A stretch of DNA of 64,000 bases, from assembly GCA_964550955.1 (NCBI GenBank), contig CAZKAF010000001.1:503931-567930 (forward strand), in the 5' to 3' direction. Position 1 is the stretch's first letter. Every line of letters starts with the position of its first letter. Of the stretch, positions 19,519 through 27,502 are shown piece after piece. The translations under genes were made by a program, and so were the position numbers. The DNA comes from an uncultured Candidatus Saccharibacteria bacterium (GTDB taxonomy: Bacteria > Patescibacteriota > Minisyncoccia > Phycocordibacterales > CAIZLB01). The notes under the pieces were generated by a model. It was not told the DNA's origin. It saw nothing but the letters and a program-made list of their open reading frames with translations, and made no database searches.

Positions 19519-19962
19519 CTATCTTTTATAGAAGATGCCCTCCCCGTAGTTGTCCAGAATCTTGCGGCTCGGCTCGAACAGCGGCGAAGGAAGCTGATCC
19601 AGCGCGAACCATCCCCATTCGGTGATTTCGTCAGGCTCCATCGCTCTCGGATCGCCCGAGACTTTCTCGCACATCATGCCGATGGTCACGAAATGAGCAT
19701 CGGCAACCTTGTCGTTGGCCAAGCTGATAACTTGAATGTCATCGACATTCACATCCAATCCAGTTTCTTCCAGCACCTCCCTCCTGGCTCCCTCCTCGAA
19801 GCTTTCCCCGAACTCCAGCTTGCCGCCCGGCATCGTCCAAGTTCCCTCGCCGTGCAATTCGCTGTCAGCCTTGGCAGGATCGGCATGCCTTCGCCCCAGC
19901 AGGACCTTGCCTTCCCTCAGGATAAAGACTCCGAAGCCCGCTCCGATTTTCTTAGTTTCCAT
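19519..19962 (-). CDS. NUDIX hydrolase
   Basis: Nudix box GGKLEFGESFEEGARREVLEETG. ATG at 19962 (METKKIG). ORF-track GTG at 19980 is less likely. Confidence 0.8.
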   Translation of the reverse strand: METKKIGAGFGVFILREGKVLLGRRHADPAKADSELHGEGTWTMPGGKLEFGESFEEGARREVLEETGLDVNVDDIQVISLANDKVADAHFVTIGMMCEKVSGDPRAMEPDEITEWGWFALDQLPSPLFEPSRKILDNYGEGIFYKR

Positions 19963-20080
19963 GTGCATAAATGATAGCACAATTCAGAAACGGCACAGGC
20001 TTCCTATCGGAACTCCGTTCCTTGCCCTCACCAATGTAAACAATTAGAACCGAACATGTGTTCGGTTCTAATTATCTATG

Positions 20081-20154
20081 CGCGAGTGATGGGACTCGAA
20101 CCCACGGCCTCTTCCGTGACAGGGAAGCGCTCTAACCAGCTGAGCTACACCCGC
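20081..20154 (-). tRNA. tRNA-Asp (anticodon GTC)
   Basis: Reverse complement reads GCGGGTG-TA-GCTCAGCTGGTTAGAGC...loop CTGTCAC...GTGGGTTCGAGTCCCAT-CACTCGC-G. A perfect hairpin AGAACCGAACA/TGTTCGGTTCT lies just downstream at 20048-20069. Confidence 0.8.
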
Positions 20155-20276
20155 ATATATATGTCGTTTTTCAGCCCTTCAAGTCCGGCCGTCCTGGCTT
20201 CAAATCGAACTTGTGGGGCTTATTATACATAATTTTGCATATTTTCAAAGCTCCTATGCCTGACGGTTCCTGACGA

Positions 20277-20314
20277 TGAAAATAAGATGCCGGCCGTCTT
20301 GGATGACGGCCGGC
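20277..20314 (-). terminator. Rho-independent terminator after gmk
   Basis: GCCGGCCGTC-ATCCAA-GACGGCCGGC followed on the minus strand by ATCTTATTTTC. Confidence 0.55.
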
Positions 20315-20350
20315 AAGTGCTCGAAAAACCGAGCGAATGAGCGTTCGAGC

Positions 20351-20956
20351 CTATCTGCCGGGATAAAGAATTTTCCAAAGCGAATCCACGGTAGTGTCCA
20401 GGCCGCCCACCCAGTTCTTGAGGCTCCGACTGTACAGCCCGCTCTGAGACATCTCCCATTCGGCGGCTTCCAGGCGCTTCTGGATATTGTTGCGCCCCAA
20501 ATCCGCGAGGCGCTGCTCGAGCACCCCGATATCCTGAGGCAGGATCATCACTGAAGTGAGAGTCGTTCCGCATTCTTCAGAAAGATGAGATGCCTGAAGC
20601 TGCAAAAAGCCCCGGACGTCAATGTCGAGCAGAACGTCAATTCCGCTCTCGATTTTCTCCCTGAGAATCCTGCCGGATGTTCCATAGAATTCTCCGTGAA
20701 CCTCGGCGTGCTCGACAAACTTGCCGCGAACCACCATGGCGGCGAAATCGCGTTTTCCGACGAAGTGATAGTTGACGCCGTCCGTCTCGCCCTCCCGCCT
20801 GTCCCTCGTCGTGTGAGAGACTGAAAAGTACAGCTCGGGCACGTTCATGCCGGAAGCAGCATTTCTGATTTCTTCCACTTTCTTGATGATTTGCCGTATC
20901 ACCGTCGATTTCCCGACGCAGCTTGGCCCAGATATGACGAATATGTTTCCTTTCAC
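20351..20956 (-). CDS. gmk: Guanylate kinase
   Basis: P-loop ISGPSCVGKST, SVSHTTR, and an E.DGV.YHFV motif. Start is the GTG at 20954-20956, preceded 9 nt upstream by a perfect AGGAGG SD. ORF-track start at 21025 runs up to the tRNA-Met 3' end. Confidence 0.85.
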   Translation of the reverse strand: MKGNIFVISGPSCVGKSTVIRQIIKKVEEIRNAASGMNVPELYFSVSHTTRDRREGETDGVNYHFVGKRDFAAMVVRGKFVEHAEVHGEFYGTSGRILREKIESGIDVLLDIDVRGFLQLQASHLSEECGTTLTSVMILPQDIGVLEQRLADLGRNNIQKRLEAAEWEMSQSGLYSRSLKNWVGGLDTTVDSLWKILYPGR

Positions 20957-21028
20957 GCGATGTGTCCTCCTGTATGTGTTTGGGTTGAATAGCTCTTCGT
21001 ATCTTGAAAATATGCAAAGAACCACGTG

Positions 21029-21102
21029 TGTCGGCGGGAGGGAACGATCCTCCGACCTCGGGCTTATGAGTCCCGCGCTCTAACCAACTGAGCTACGCCG
21101 AC
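21029..21102 (-). tRNA. tRNA-Met (anticodon CAT), elongator type or tRNA-Ile2
   Basis: Reverse complement reads GTCGGCG-TA-GCTCAGTTGGTTAGAGC-G-CGGGA-CTCATAA-GCCCG...GGAGG-ATCGTTC-CCTCC-CGCCGAC-A. G1-C72 is paired, so not a bacterial initiator. T-loop is atypical. Confidence 0.65.
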
Positions 21103-21170
21103 ATGTACTGGCTACTATAATACATTACTCCCCTTTTTTCAATCTTGAGCCCGAAACGAGGATTAAAGGA

Positions 21171-22151
21171 TTAATTGGCGATCATCTCGGAAAGAACCTC
21201 GACGGTGTCATGATATGAGCTCACGGAAACGCACTGAACGCCCGTGCTTATGACGGAATGGTCATTGCCGCCTTCAAAAAGCGCATCGCCGAAAAAGACG
21301 GCCTTTTCAATCGGCAATGCCAATTGTTCCAAAAGCCGCGTCACGCCGAAAGCCTTGTTGATGCCGGACCTGACAATGTCGATGGATGTGGAGCCTCCGA
21401 TTTTGAGTTCAAACTGAGGTATTCTTTCTCTGAGAAATTCAACTAATTTTAATCGAATCTTCATGTCCGGATCCCAGGTTTTTTTTAGCTCATACGGCGC
21501 ATTCTGTCCCAGTCCCGAGAACGTCACTTGAGATCCCCTATCTTCAACAATTTCCCCGAACGCCCGTTCGGGCTTTTGATATAGGCCGCTTTCAATAGCT
21601 TGATTCACCGCTCCGATAATCAAATCTTTTTCTTCCTTGGAAAAATATTCAGCGTACTCTTCCTTCCACACATCTCTTTTAGTAACATCCTGCGCAATTC
21701 TTGAAATGTCAGCAGTGCCGAGTGCGTCAGCAGCGTCACGAATGCCGGCGACACCCATCGCCTCTTCATCAATGACATCCACGCTTGCGCCTGCGTAAGA
21801 ATACATGCAGGCGCCCGATGTCGGCAGCAGATACATGTTCTTCAAAAAATCAAAGTTGTCCGCGAGGACCTCACCAGCCGAATCAGCTTCGAAGCCGCGG
21901 TTTCCAGCATCAGCAGCGCCATCTGCAACAAGGCCGGCCCTGTCGTCGTCATCGAAGTCGCACATTTTTTGCACGATCTGCGCGGTCATCTGCTCAAACG
22001 TCGCTCCTGATATGAGAGCTACTTTTTTCGCGGAAGAGAGCGTCCGAAGAGTCCTTGCCATGTCGGGAGTCAAAGGCATCTTGCTTTCGGTCAGAGTCCC
22101 GTCGATATCAAAAATGAATATTTCTTTCTCTTTTATTTCTTTTTCTTTCAT
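21171..22151 (-). CDS. Eukaryotic-type phosphomannomutase (HAD-IIB, PMM/Sec53 family) with Asp/Ala-rich insertion
   Basis: N-terminal FIFDIDGTLT motif, C-terminal FFGDALFEGGNDHSV (cf. Sec53 FFGDKT.EGGNDYEI). ATG at 22151 (MKEKEIKEKEIFIFD). ORF-track start at 22184 probably over-extended. Confidence 0.7.
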   Translation of the reverse strand: MKEKEIKEKEIFIFDIDGTLTESKMPLTPDMARTLRTLSSAKKVALISGATFEQMTAQIVQKMCDFDDDDRAGLVADGAADAGNRGFEADSAGEVLADNFDFLKNMYLLPTSGACMYSYAGASVDVIDEEAMGVAGIRDAADALGTADISRIAQDVTKRDVWKEEYAEYFSKEEKDLIIGAVNQAIESGLYQKPERAFGEIVEDRGSQVTFSGLGQNAPYELKKTWDPDMKIRLKLVEFLRERIPQFELKIGGSTSIDIVRSGINKAFGVTRLLEQLALPIEKAVFFGDALFEGGNDHSVISTGVQCVSVSSYHDTVEVLSEMIAN

Positions 22152-22232
22152 GTACGTAGGTATATAAGCTGATTCATGGCGCAAGGGAAAATGAGGGCAA
22201 ATAGCCGCGACAAGCGCAAGCGAGCGCAGAAA

Positions 22233-24137
22233 TCATCCTGCAGCCTGCAAAGTCTTGAGGATGTCCGCGATTCCGAACGTTGCCACGCCGGTCACGTAAT
22301 CCCCTCCGCCATAATAGATGCGGCACGCATTTTCTTTCACGACGATTCCGCACGGGAATACCACGCGGGAAACGACGCCGTTCAATTCATACTGAGTTTC
22401 GGGCTTGAAGATGGGCGCCGCGCTTCGGGCCTTCACGATGGTCGGATTTTTCAGATCGAGAAGGACGGCTCCGACGCTGTATACCCTCTCCGCCGAGACG
22501 CCATGATACAGAAGCAGCCAGCCTTCTTCCGTCTTGACGGGAGGCGTCGCCGCGCCTATCTTCCAGCCGTCCCACATGCCCCTTCTCGGCCCCATGACAT
22601 CGATGCATTTCGAGAGCGGCTGCGGATCGTCGAGCGACTCGATATAATCGGCGCAGATATGCTCGCCGATTCGATGAATGACCATGAATTTTCCATCAAT
22701 TTTATCTGGAAAAATGCAGGCATCCTTGTCGTCAATGGTATCCGGAGTAAGCGCGAATGGCTCTGACCAGGCATCGAACTTTCTTTTCAGGAAATCGGAA
22801 ACTGAAATGGAAGACATGACGACCCTCGGGACTTTCCCGTCATACCCCGTATATGTCATGTACAGGCGCTTGCCTATTTTCACCACTCTCGGATCCTCGG
22901 TTCCGTAGTTTGAGTCTTCGCCGGAAGCGGAAATTTCGAAATCAGCTCGCCCTCTGTAGACAGGCTCATCCAATCGCTCGTCAATGACGAAGCCGTCGGA
23001 CGAGACGGCCAAGCCGATGACGGAAACGTTCGACTTGGTAACCGCCCGATACAATATATAGGTATTCCCCTCAAGCTCGATGGCGGCAGGATTGAAGACC
23101 CCTCCTTCTTCCCACTCAAAGCCGGGACGAGGAGCAAGTATGGGATTCTTCGCATATCGCTTGACCAGGTGGCCGGGATTGACCAGCGCGTTCAGGAGCG
23201 GCTTCAGAGGGATGGAAGCGACGGCCGAATGCGTGTCCGAAGCGCCGTAGTACAGTTCGACTATATTTTTCCGAAGCAATGCCCCGGACGGAAAGACGAT
23301 ATTCGAAATCAGGCCGATTCTTTCATAGTGATCTTCGGGGACCATGAACGGACTGTCGGTTCTTGAAATGATCTGCAGGGGATTTTCAGAATCGAGAAGG
23401 AGCGCTTCGACACCGAAGACGGGCGCGTCGGTTCCGTATCCTTGGATATGAGAGTAAATGAGCAGCCAGCCGTCCTTCGTCTTCAGCGGCGCGGCGCCCA
23501 CTTCGACTTGATCATGCTCATGCCTTTGAATGTGCAGCTTGTGATCGTCGAGATGCGCATACCAGCTATCCCAATATTTTTTCGACCACATGTCCTCGAT
23601 CTTCTTGAAGCGCGCGATGCAGATATCCGAAGGCTTGCGATCCGTATTCACGGCGAGAATGGCCACGTACTCGCCGTTGATTTTCTCCGGAAAAAGGGTC
23701 ATGGCCTTCGCGTTGAACGGAGTGACCAGGTGCCGCTCGTCTATGTTTTTCAAATCGCGCGTGACGGCGACGGCAACCTTGATATTGTCCGCTGAAAAAG
23801 GAAACCCTCCCAGGGCCGTATAAAAAATGTAATGCACGCCGTCGATGGTCGTGGCTCGGGGATCCTCCAATCCGAACTTCTCATATTCTTTCTCCGGCGC
23901 GATGAGCACTCGCCTGTCTTCGAACGATCCTTTCCCGTCTTCCGTGGCGCAGCCGATGACGGACATGCGAAACGAAGGGCTGATCATGTGGTCGACGCCG
24001 GACATGGCGCGGTACAGAAGATTCAATTTCTTCTTGTGAATGACGGGCGACGGATTGAAAGTCGCGACCGATTCCCAGGGATGATTCTTTATCGGCGAAA
24101 GTATTGGATTTTTTGAAGAAGGAGTGACTGAGAACAT
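22233..24137 (-). CDS. Tandem double GH130-family (mannoside phosphorylase/beta-mannosidase-like) protein
   Basis: Two ~310-aa repeats, each with GH130-like motifs (EDPR...G..Y..YT, DGW.L.YH, YYGASD/YYGGGD). 5-bladed beta-propeller family. Confidence 0.75.
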   Translation of the reverse strand: MFSVTPSSKNPILSPIKNHPWESVATFNPSPVIHKKKLNLLYRAMSGVDHMISPSFRMSVIGCATEDGKGSFEDRRVLIAPEKEYEKFGLEDPRATTIDGVHYIFYTALGGFPFSADNIKVAVAVTRDLKNIDERHLVTPFNAKAMTLFPEKINGEYVAILAVNTDRKPSDICIARFKKIEDMWSKKYWDSWYAHLDDHKLHIQRHEHDQVEVGAAPLKTKDGWLLIYSHIQGYGTDAPVFGVEALLLDSENPLQIISRTDSPFMVPEDHYERIGLISNIVFPSGALLRKNIVELYYGASDTHSAVASIPLKPLLNALVNPGHLVKRYAKNPILAPRPGFEWEEGGVFNPAAIELEGNTYILYRAVTKSNVSVIGLAVSSDGFVIDERLDEPVYRGRADFEISASGEDSNYGTEDPRVVKIGKRLYMTYTGYDGKVPRVVMSSISVSDFLKRKFDAWSEPFALTPDTIDDKDACIFPDKIDGKFMVIHRIGEHICADYIESLDDPQPLSKCIDVMGPRRGMWDGWKIGAATPPVKTEEGWLLLYHGVSAERVYSVGAVLLDLKNPTIVKARSAAPIFKPETQYELNGVVSRVVFPCGIVVKENACRIYYGGGDYVTGVATFGIADILKTLQAAG

Positions 24138-24178
24138 GTGAATATTTGTGATGAATAATGCAAGCTACCGAAGGCGCG

Positions 24179-25381
24179 TCATGAGGAAGAGCCGCCCCTC
24201 CCGGTCACGGTGCTGTTTTCCCTAAGCCAGCTTAATAATTTTTCTATCGGCATGTGAGCGGCGCACACATGCTTGTCGCCTCCTCCGTAATACACGTGCA
24301 ATATGCCTTCCTGAAGCACGGCGCCGCAAACGTAGACCACCCCCGGCTTCGAATCGTTTTCATACCACATGTCCGGAGTCAGAACGGGGCGCGAGGACCG
24401 GGCAATCACCTTCTCGGGATTATCGAGATCAAGAAGCATCGCGCCGAGCTTGTATTTGTGAGACTCGGTCTTGTCAGTCGCATGGTAGAGCACAAGCCAG
24501 CCGTCCTCCGTCTTCACTGGCGGGGCGCCCACCCCTCTCGGCCACGTATCCCATTCCTCCCGCTCCTTCTTCGATCCGAAAACGCTCTGTATTTTCTTGA
24601 CTCCGCGGACAATGTCTTTCATGTCATCGACATAGTCCACCTGAATTTTCGGCGAAATGCTGTGCAAAATCGCAAATTTTCCCTGAATCTTTTCGGGGAA
24701 AATTACCCAATTCTTGTGTATCTCGTTTTTTGGCGAAATTAGCACGGGCTTGGACCATTTCCATTTCTGCTCCAGAAAATCTTTCTTTGAAATCGTCGTC
24801 AGGGCAATCCGTATGAAATCCCAGCCGTCGAAGGCGCTGAACGTCAGATAAAACCTGTCCTCGATAAGGACCATGCGCGGATCCTCGCACCCTCCCCAGC
24901 TTCCGCCTGACGGATACATGACCGGGTCATATTTCCTGGAATCATGATGCCCTTCTCGTTCTTTTTGATTCCCGGCTCTCTTCAGGCCCTCAAGATTCCG
25001 TTCCATCAGCCGAGGACTTTCCATGAAGAAGACGGGGTATGGCAATCTGTCAAAATCATGGCCGTTCTCGCTTGACGCGTATCCGAACCTCGAGACGCCG
25101 TCAGCGCCTATGGCCCTGTATATCAAGTGAACCGTTCCGTCCTCGTCGTGCCAGGCCGCCGGATTGAACGTGCCTCCGTATTCCCATTCATTCTCGATGG
25201 ACGGGCTTATGACAGGATTGCTGGCATGACGCCTTACGATTTCGGCATGACTCTGAGCGCCCGCAGTCGCGCGTCCCTTTCCGGCAGAACGAAAAAGCCC
25301 CGAGACGATGTATGAGACAAGCAGGAAAAATAGCGCGGCGGAAAGTATTAAGAATGCAAGATTATATATTTCAGATGCCAT
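24179..25381 (-). CDS. Membrane-anchored GH130-family glycoside phosphorylase/hydrolase
   Basis: N-terminal TM helix, then a GH130 domain (CEDPRMVLIEDRFYLTFSAFDG, DGWLVLYH, YYGGGD). Confidence 0.75.
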   Translation of the reverse strand: MASEIYNLAFLILSAALFFLLVSYIVSGLFRSAGKGRATAGAQSHAEIVRRHASNPVISPSIENEWEYGGTFNPAAWHDEDGTVHLIYRAIGADGVSRFGYASSENGHDFDRLPYPVFFMESPRLMERNLEGLKRAGNQKEREGHHDSRKYDPVMYPSGGSWGGCEDPRMVLIEDRFYLTFSAFDGWDFIRIALTTISKKDFLEQKWKWSKPVLISPKNEIHKNWVIFPEKIQGKFAILHSISPKIQVDYVDDMKDIVRGVKKIQSVFGSKKEREEWDTWPRGVGAPPVKTEDGWLVLYHATDKTESHKYKLGAMLLDLDNPEKVIARSSRPVLTPDMWYENDSKPGVVYVCGAVLQEGILHVYYGGGDKHVCAAHMPIEKLLSWLRENSTVTGRGGSSS

Positions 25382-25766
25382 GAGCGACGCTTGCGTTATT
25401 GCTGACGACCTCCCGACCGTACTGATCCTCCACCCTGATAATGTCCTGCTCGTCGAAGTCCCCGGTGGAAATTTCGAGAATCACGAGCGGCTCGTCTGTT
25501 GACTGGATCCGATGAGTCTTTCCGACGATGACCGAATGCCGCTCGCCCGGTTTTGCCTCGAAGACATCGTCTCCGATATGCAGAAAGCCTTCCCCGGAAA
25601 TGACAACCCAGAATTCGCTTCTATGATTGTGATACTGCAAGCTTGTCGACTGGCCGGGATTGACGGTGATGAGCTTTACCGTGGATTGAAGATTATGAGT
25701 AAACTGATCGAACGATCCCCAGGGCCGATCTTCGTGATATGCATTGAGTTCGGAAGAGTCTTTCAT
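25371..25766 (-). CDS. Cupin-type mannose-6-phosphate isomerase (type II PMI cupin domain, stand-alone)
   Basis: RPWGSF...GQSTSLQYHNHRSEFWVVISG...GERHSV...HRIQ...LVILEISTGDFDEQDIIRVEDQYGR matches the C-terminal PMI domain of ManC-type enzymes. Overlaps the downstream GH130 gene by 11 nt. Confidence 0.7.
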   Translation of the reverse strand: MKDSSELNAYHEDRPWGSFDQFTHNLQSTVKLITVNPGQSTSLQYHNHRSEFWVVISGEGFLHIGDDVFEAKPGERHSVIVGKTHRIQSTDEPLVILEISTGDFDEQDIIRVEDQYGREVVSNNASVAHGI

Positions 25767-25849
25767 TTCACCTTAATTTTAGAACATATATCCGCATATG
25801 CCCAGCACGTTATGTACAGCGCGAATGCGATTCATGCGCGCCCGGCAAA

Positions 25850-25891
25850 GCAAAAGCGCCCGTTTTCAGGAGCGCTTTTGCTTGTATTTTT
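25850..25891 (+). terminator. Orphan rho-independent terminator-like hairpin on + strand (no + CDS upstream)
   Basis: GCAAAAGCGC-CCGTTTTCAGGA-GCGCTTTTGC followed by TTGTATTTTT. Confidence 0.4.
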
Positions 25892-26255
25892 GACCATCTC
25901 TCTTGTTGCGGGTCGTGGAATTGCACCACGTCTATAAGGTTATGCGTACTTCTACAGTTTTCACTGCGCCTGTCTCTCGACAGACTTTGGAGTCTGGACT
26001 ATACCTTCATCTGGAGAACGAATTCTCCAGAGTCCACCGTCTAGTCTCTACACCTTCATGAACATAAATGTTCAAGCTTGGCTCGGTATTGCCATGCGAT
26101 TAAGCAAAGGTTTCACCGAATTTGATGGATGTTTTCCATACAACATCGCTGTCGTATGAGCCCTATTGAGCCTCATGTGCTACTGTTACACTTACCCGCT
26201 ATATTGCACCCTGTGAGTATAATACAAAATCGGAATCGTGCAAGCTTTTCCGGCG

Positions 26256-27029
26256 CTATATAAAATAAAACTCGTCGAAGACTTTCTTGTACAGGCGAAT
26301 GGCCCTGTCAGCTTCCTCTTTCGTCAGTATGTAATCGGCGCCCTCATGCGCGATGATGTTTCGAATGCGATGCGCTTTCCATGCCTCGTCCAGCGTCGTG
26401 AACGAAGACTTGTCAGCCTGCTTCAGCATTTCGCCTATCGAATCGCCAGGGTACCCCATCTGACTGAGCATGTCGTACAGCAATATGTCCGCCTCGAGAA
26501 TGGCGATCCTCCATTCTGACTGGTTCGGGGAACTCGCATGCCGCTCTACCTGTTCCCATTTAGGATTCGCGTACTTTTCCTGCGCAGGCGAATGACCGCC
26601 GGCCGAATGCTGGCCAGGAAGGCCGGGCAAGCCGAAACTTTGAGAGCTTCCCTGCTGCGCGGCCGCTCCGAAGCCTTGCGCGCCTTTCGGCCTCTGCATC
26701 AGGCTCTCCGAATTCGCGACATGGCTTTCGTGCGCGACGACGATTTCCTTATGACCCATCTTTGCATAGAGAATGCCGAGCACCAGCACGAAAGAAATGA
26801 AAATGGAGACGAAGCTCACGCTTTCAAGAAATGATGAGAACGCGTATGAGATGCGATCGCCGATGCCGGGAGTGATGACGTTGACATCGCCGCTGTATCC
26901 GAAAAACATCGCCACCGTCGGAAATATCACGAACAGGACAAGGACGACGACCATGAGGCCGAAAACCCATTCGTTTCCTCCTCCGCTGCTGCTGCTCGCT
27001 GGTTTTGCTGGTTTTTTAGGATCGGCCAT
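26256..27029 (-). CDS. Membrane-anchored protein with C-terminal HEPN-like domain (Rx4HxG motif, DUF4145-like)
   Basis: Gly/Ser-rich N-terminus, two TM helices, low-complexity linker, then a ~100-aa helical domain with KAHRIRNIIAHEG (R-x4-H HEPN signature). Confidence 0.5.
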   Translation of the reverse strand: MADPKKPAKPASSSSGGGNEWVFGLMVVVLVLFVIFPTVAMFFGYSGDVNVITPGIGDRISYAFSSFLESVSFVSIFISFVLVLGILYAKMGHKEIVVAHESHVANSESLMQRPKGAQGFGAAAQQGSSQSFGLPGLPGQHSAGGHSPAQEKYANPKWEQVERHASSPNQSEWRIAILEADILLYDMLSQMGYPGDSIGEMLKQADKSSFTTLDEAWKAHRIRNIIAHEGADYILTKEEADRAIRLYKKVFDEFYFI

Positions 27030-27056
27030 GGAATATGGATATTAAAAAAGCGTGAA

Positions 27057-27485
27057 TTACTCCTGAGTAATGACGAAGCCCTTATCTTTTAATGTCGCGA
27101 CCGTCGAGTCAATCAGGATATTCAGGTCGCCTTCAGGAATGGCCTCGCCAGGATTGTTCAATCCGCCCGCATTGATATGCCCGAGCACGAATTCCCTGAC
27201 TTGGCTTCGCGCAAACTCTTTCTTGTCCCCGCTTGCGGCAGGGCCGGATTCGCTGATCAAAGATTGCGCGACCTCATTTACCAAAACTGCAAAAGGCCCG
27301 TCTTCGTCGGAAAGAGATTCTTCCGCTTCGCCCGGACTGTCCCCTTGCGCTTGAAGCTCGTGCTGTTTTTCCTCCAATTTCTCCAGCAAAGAAAGCAGCC
27401 CGGAAGCTCCTTTTTCAGTAAGCTCTTCCTTGCCGGCCGAATTCCCTTCGTCGAACCCCGGATTTCTAAATCCTTCGAAAATCAT
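27057..27485 (-). CDS. Hypothetical acidic protein
   Basis: ATG at 27485 (ORF-track start is TTG two codons upstream). Glu/Asp-rich, no family. Confidence 0.4.
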   Translation of the reverse strand: MIFEGFRNPGFDEGNSAGKEELTEKGASGLLSLLEKLEEKQHELQAQGDSPGEAEESLSDEDGPFAVLVNEVAQSLISESGPAASGDKKEFARSQVREFVLGHINAGGLNNPGEAIPEGDLNILIDSTVATLKDKGFVITQE

Positions 27486-27502
27486 ATACAACTAGTATAC
27501 CA

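Noticed and set aside
21029-21102. tRNA-Met as initiator tRNA
   Set aside because: Position 1:72 is a paired G-C, and the anticodon stem lacks a clean three-G:C stack in the initiator register. Called elongator Met or possibly Ile2(CAT).
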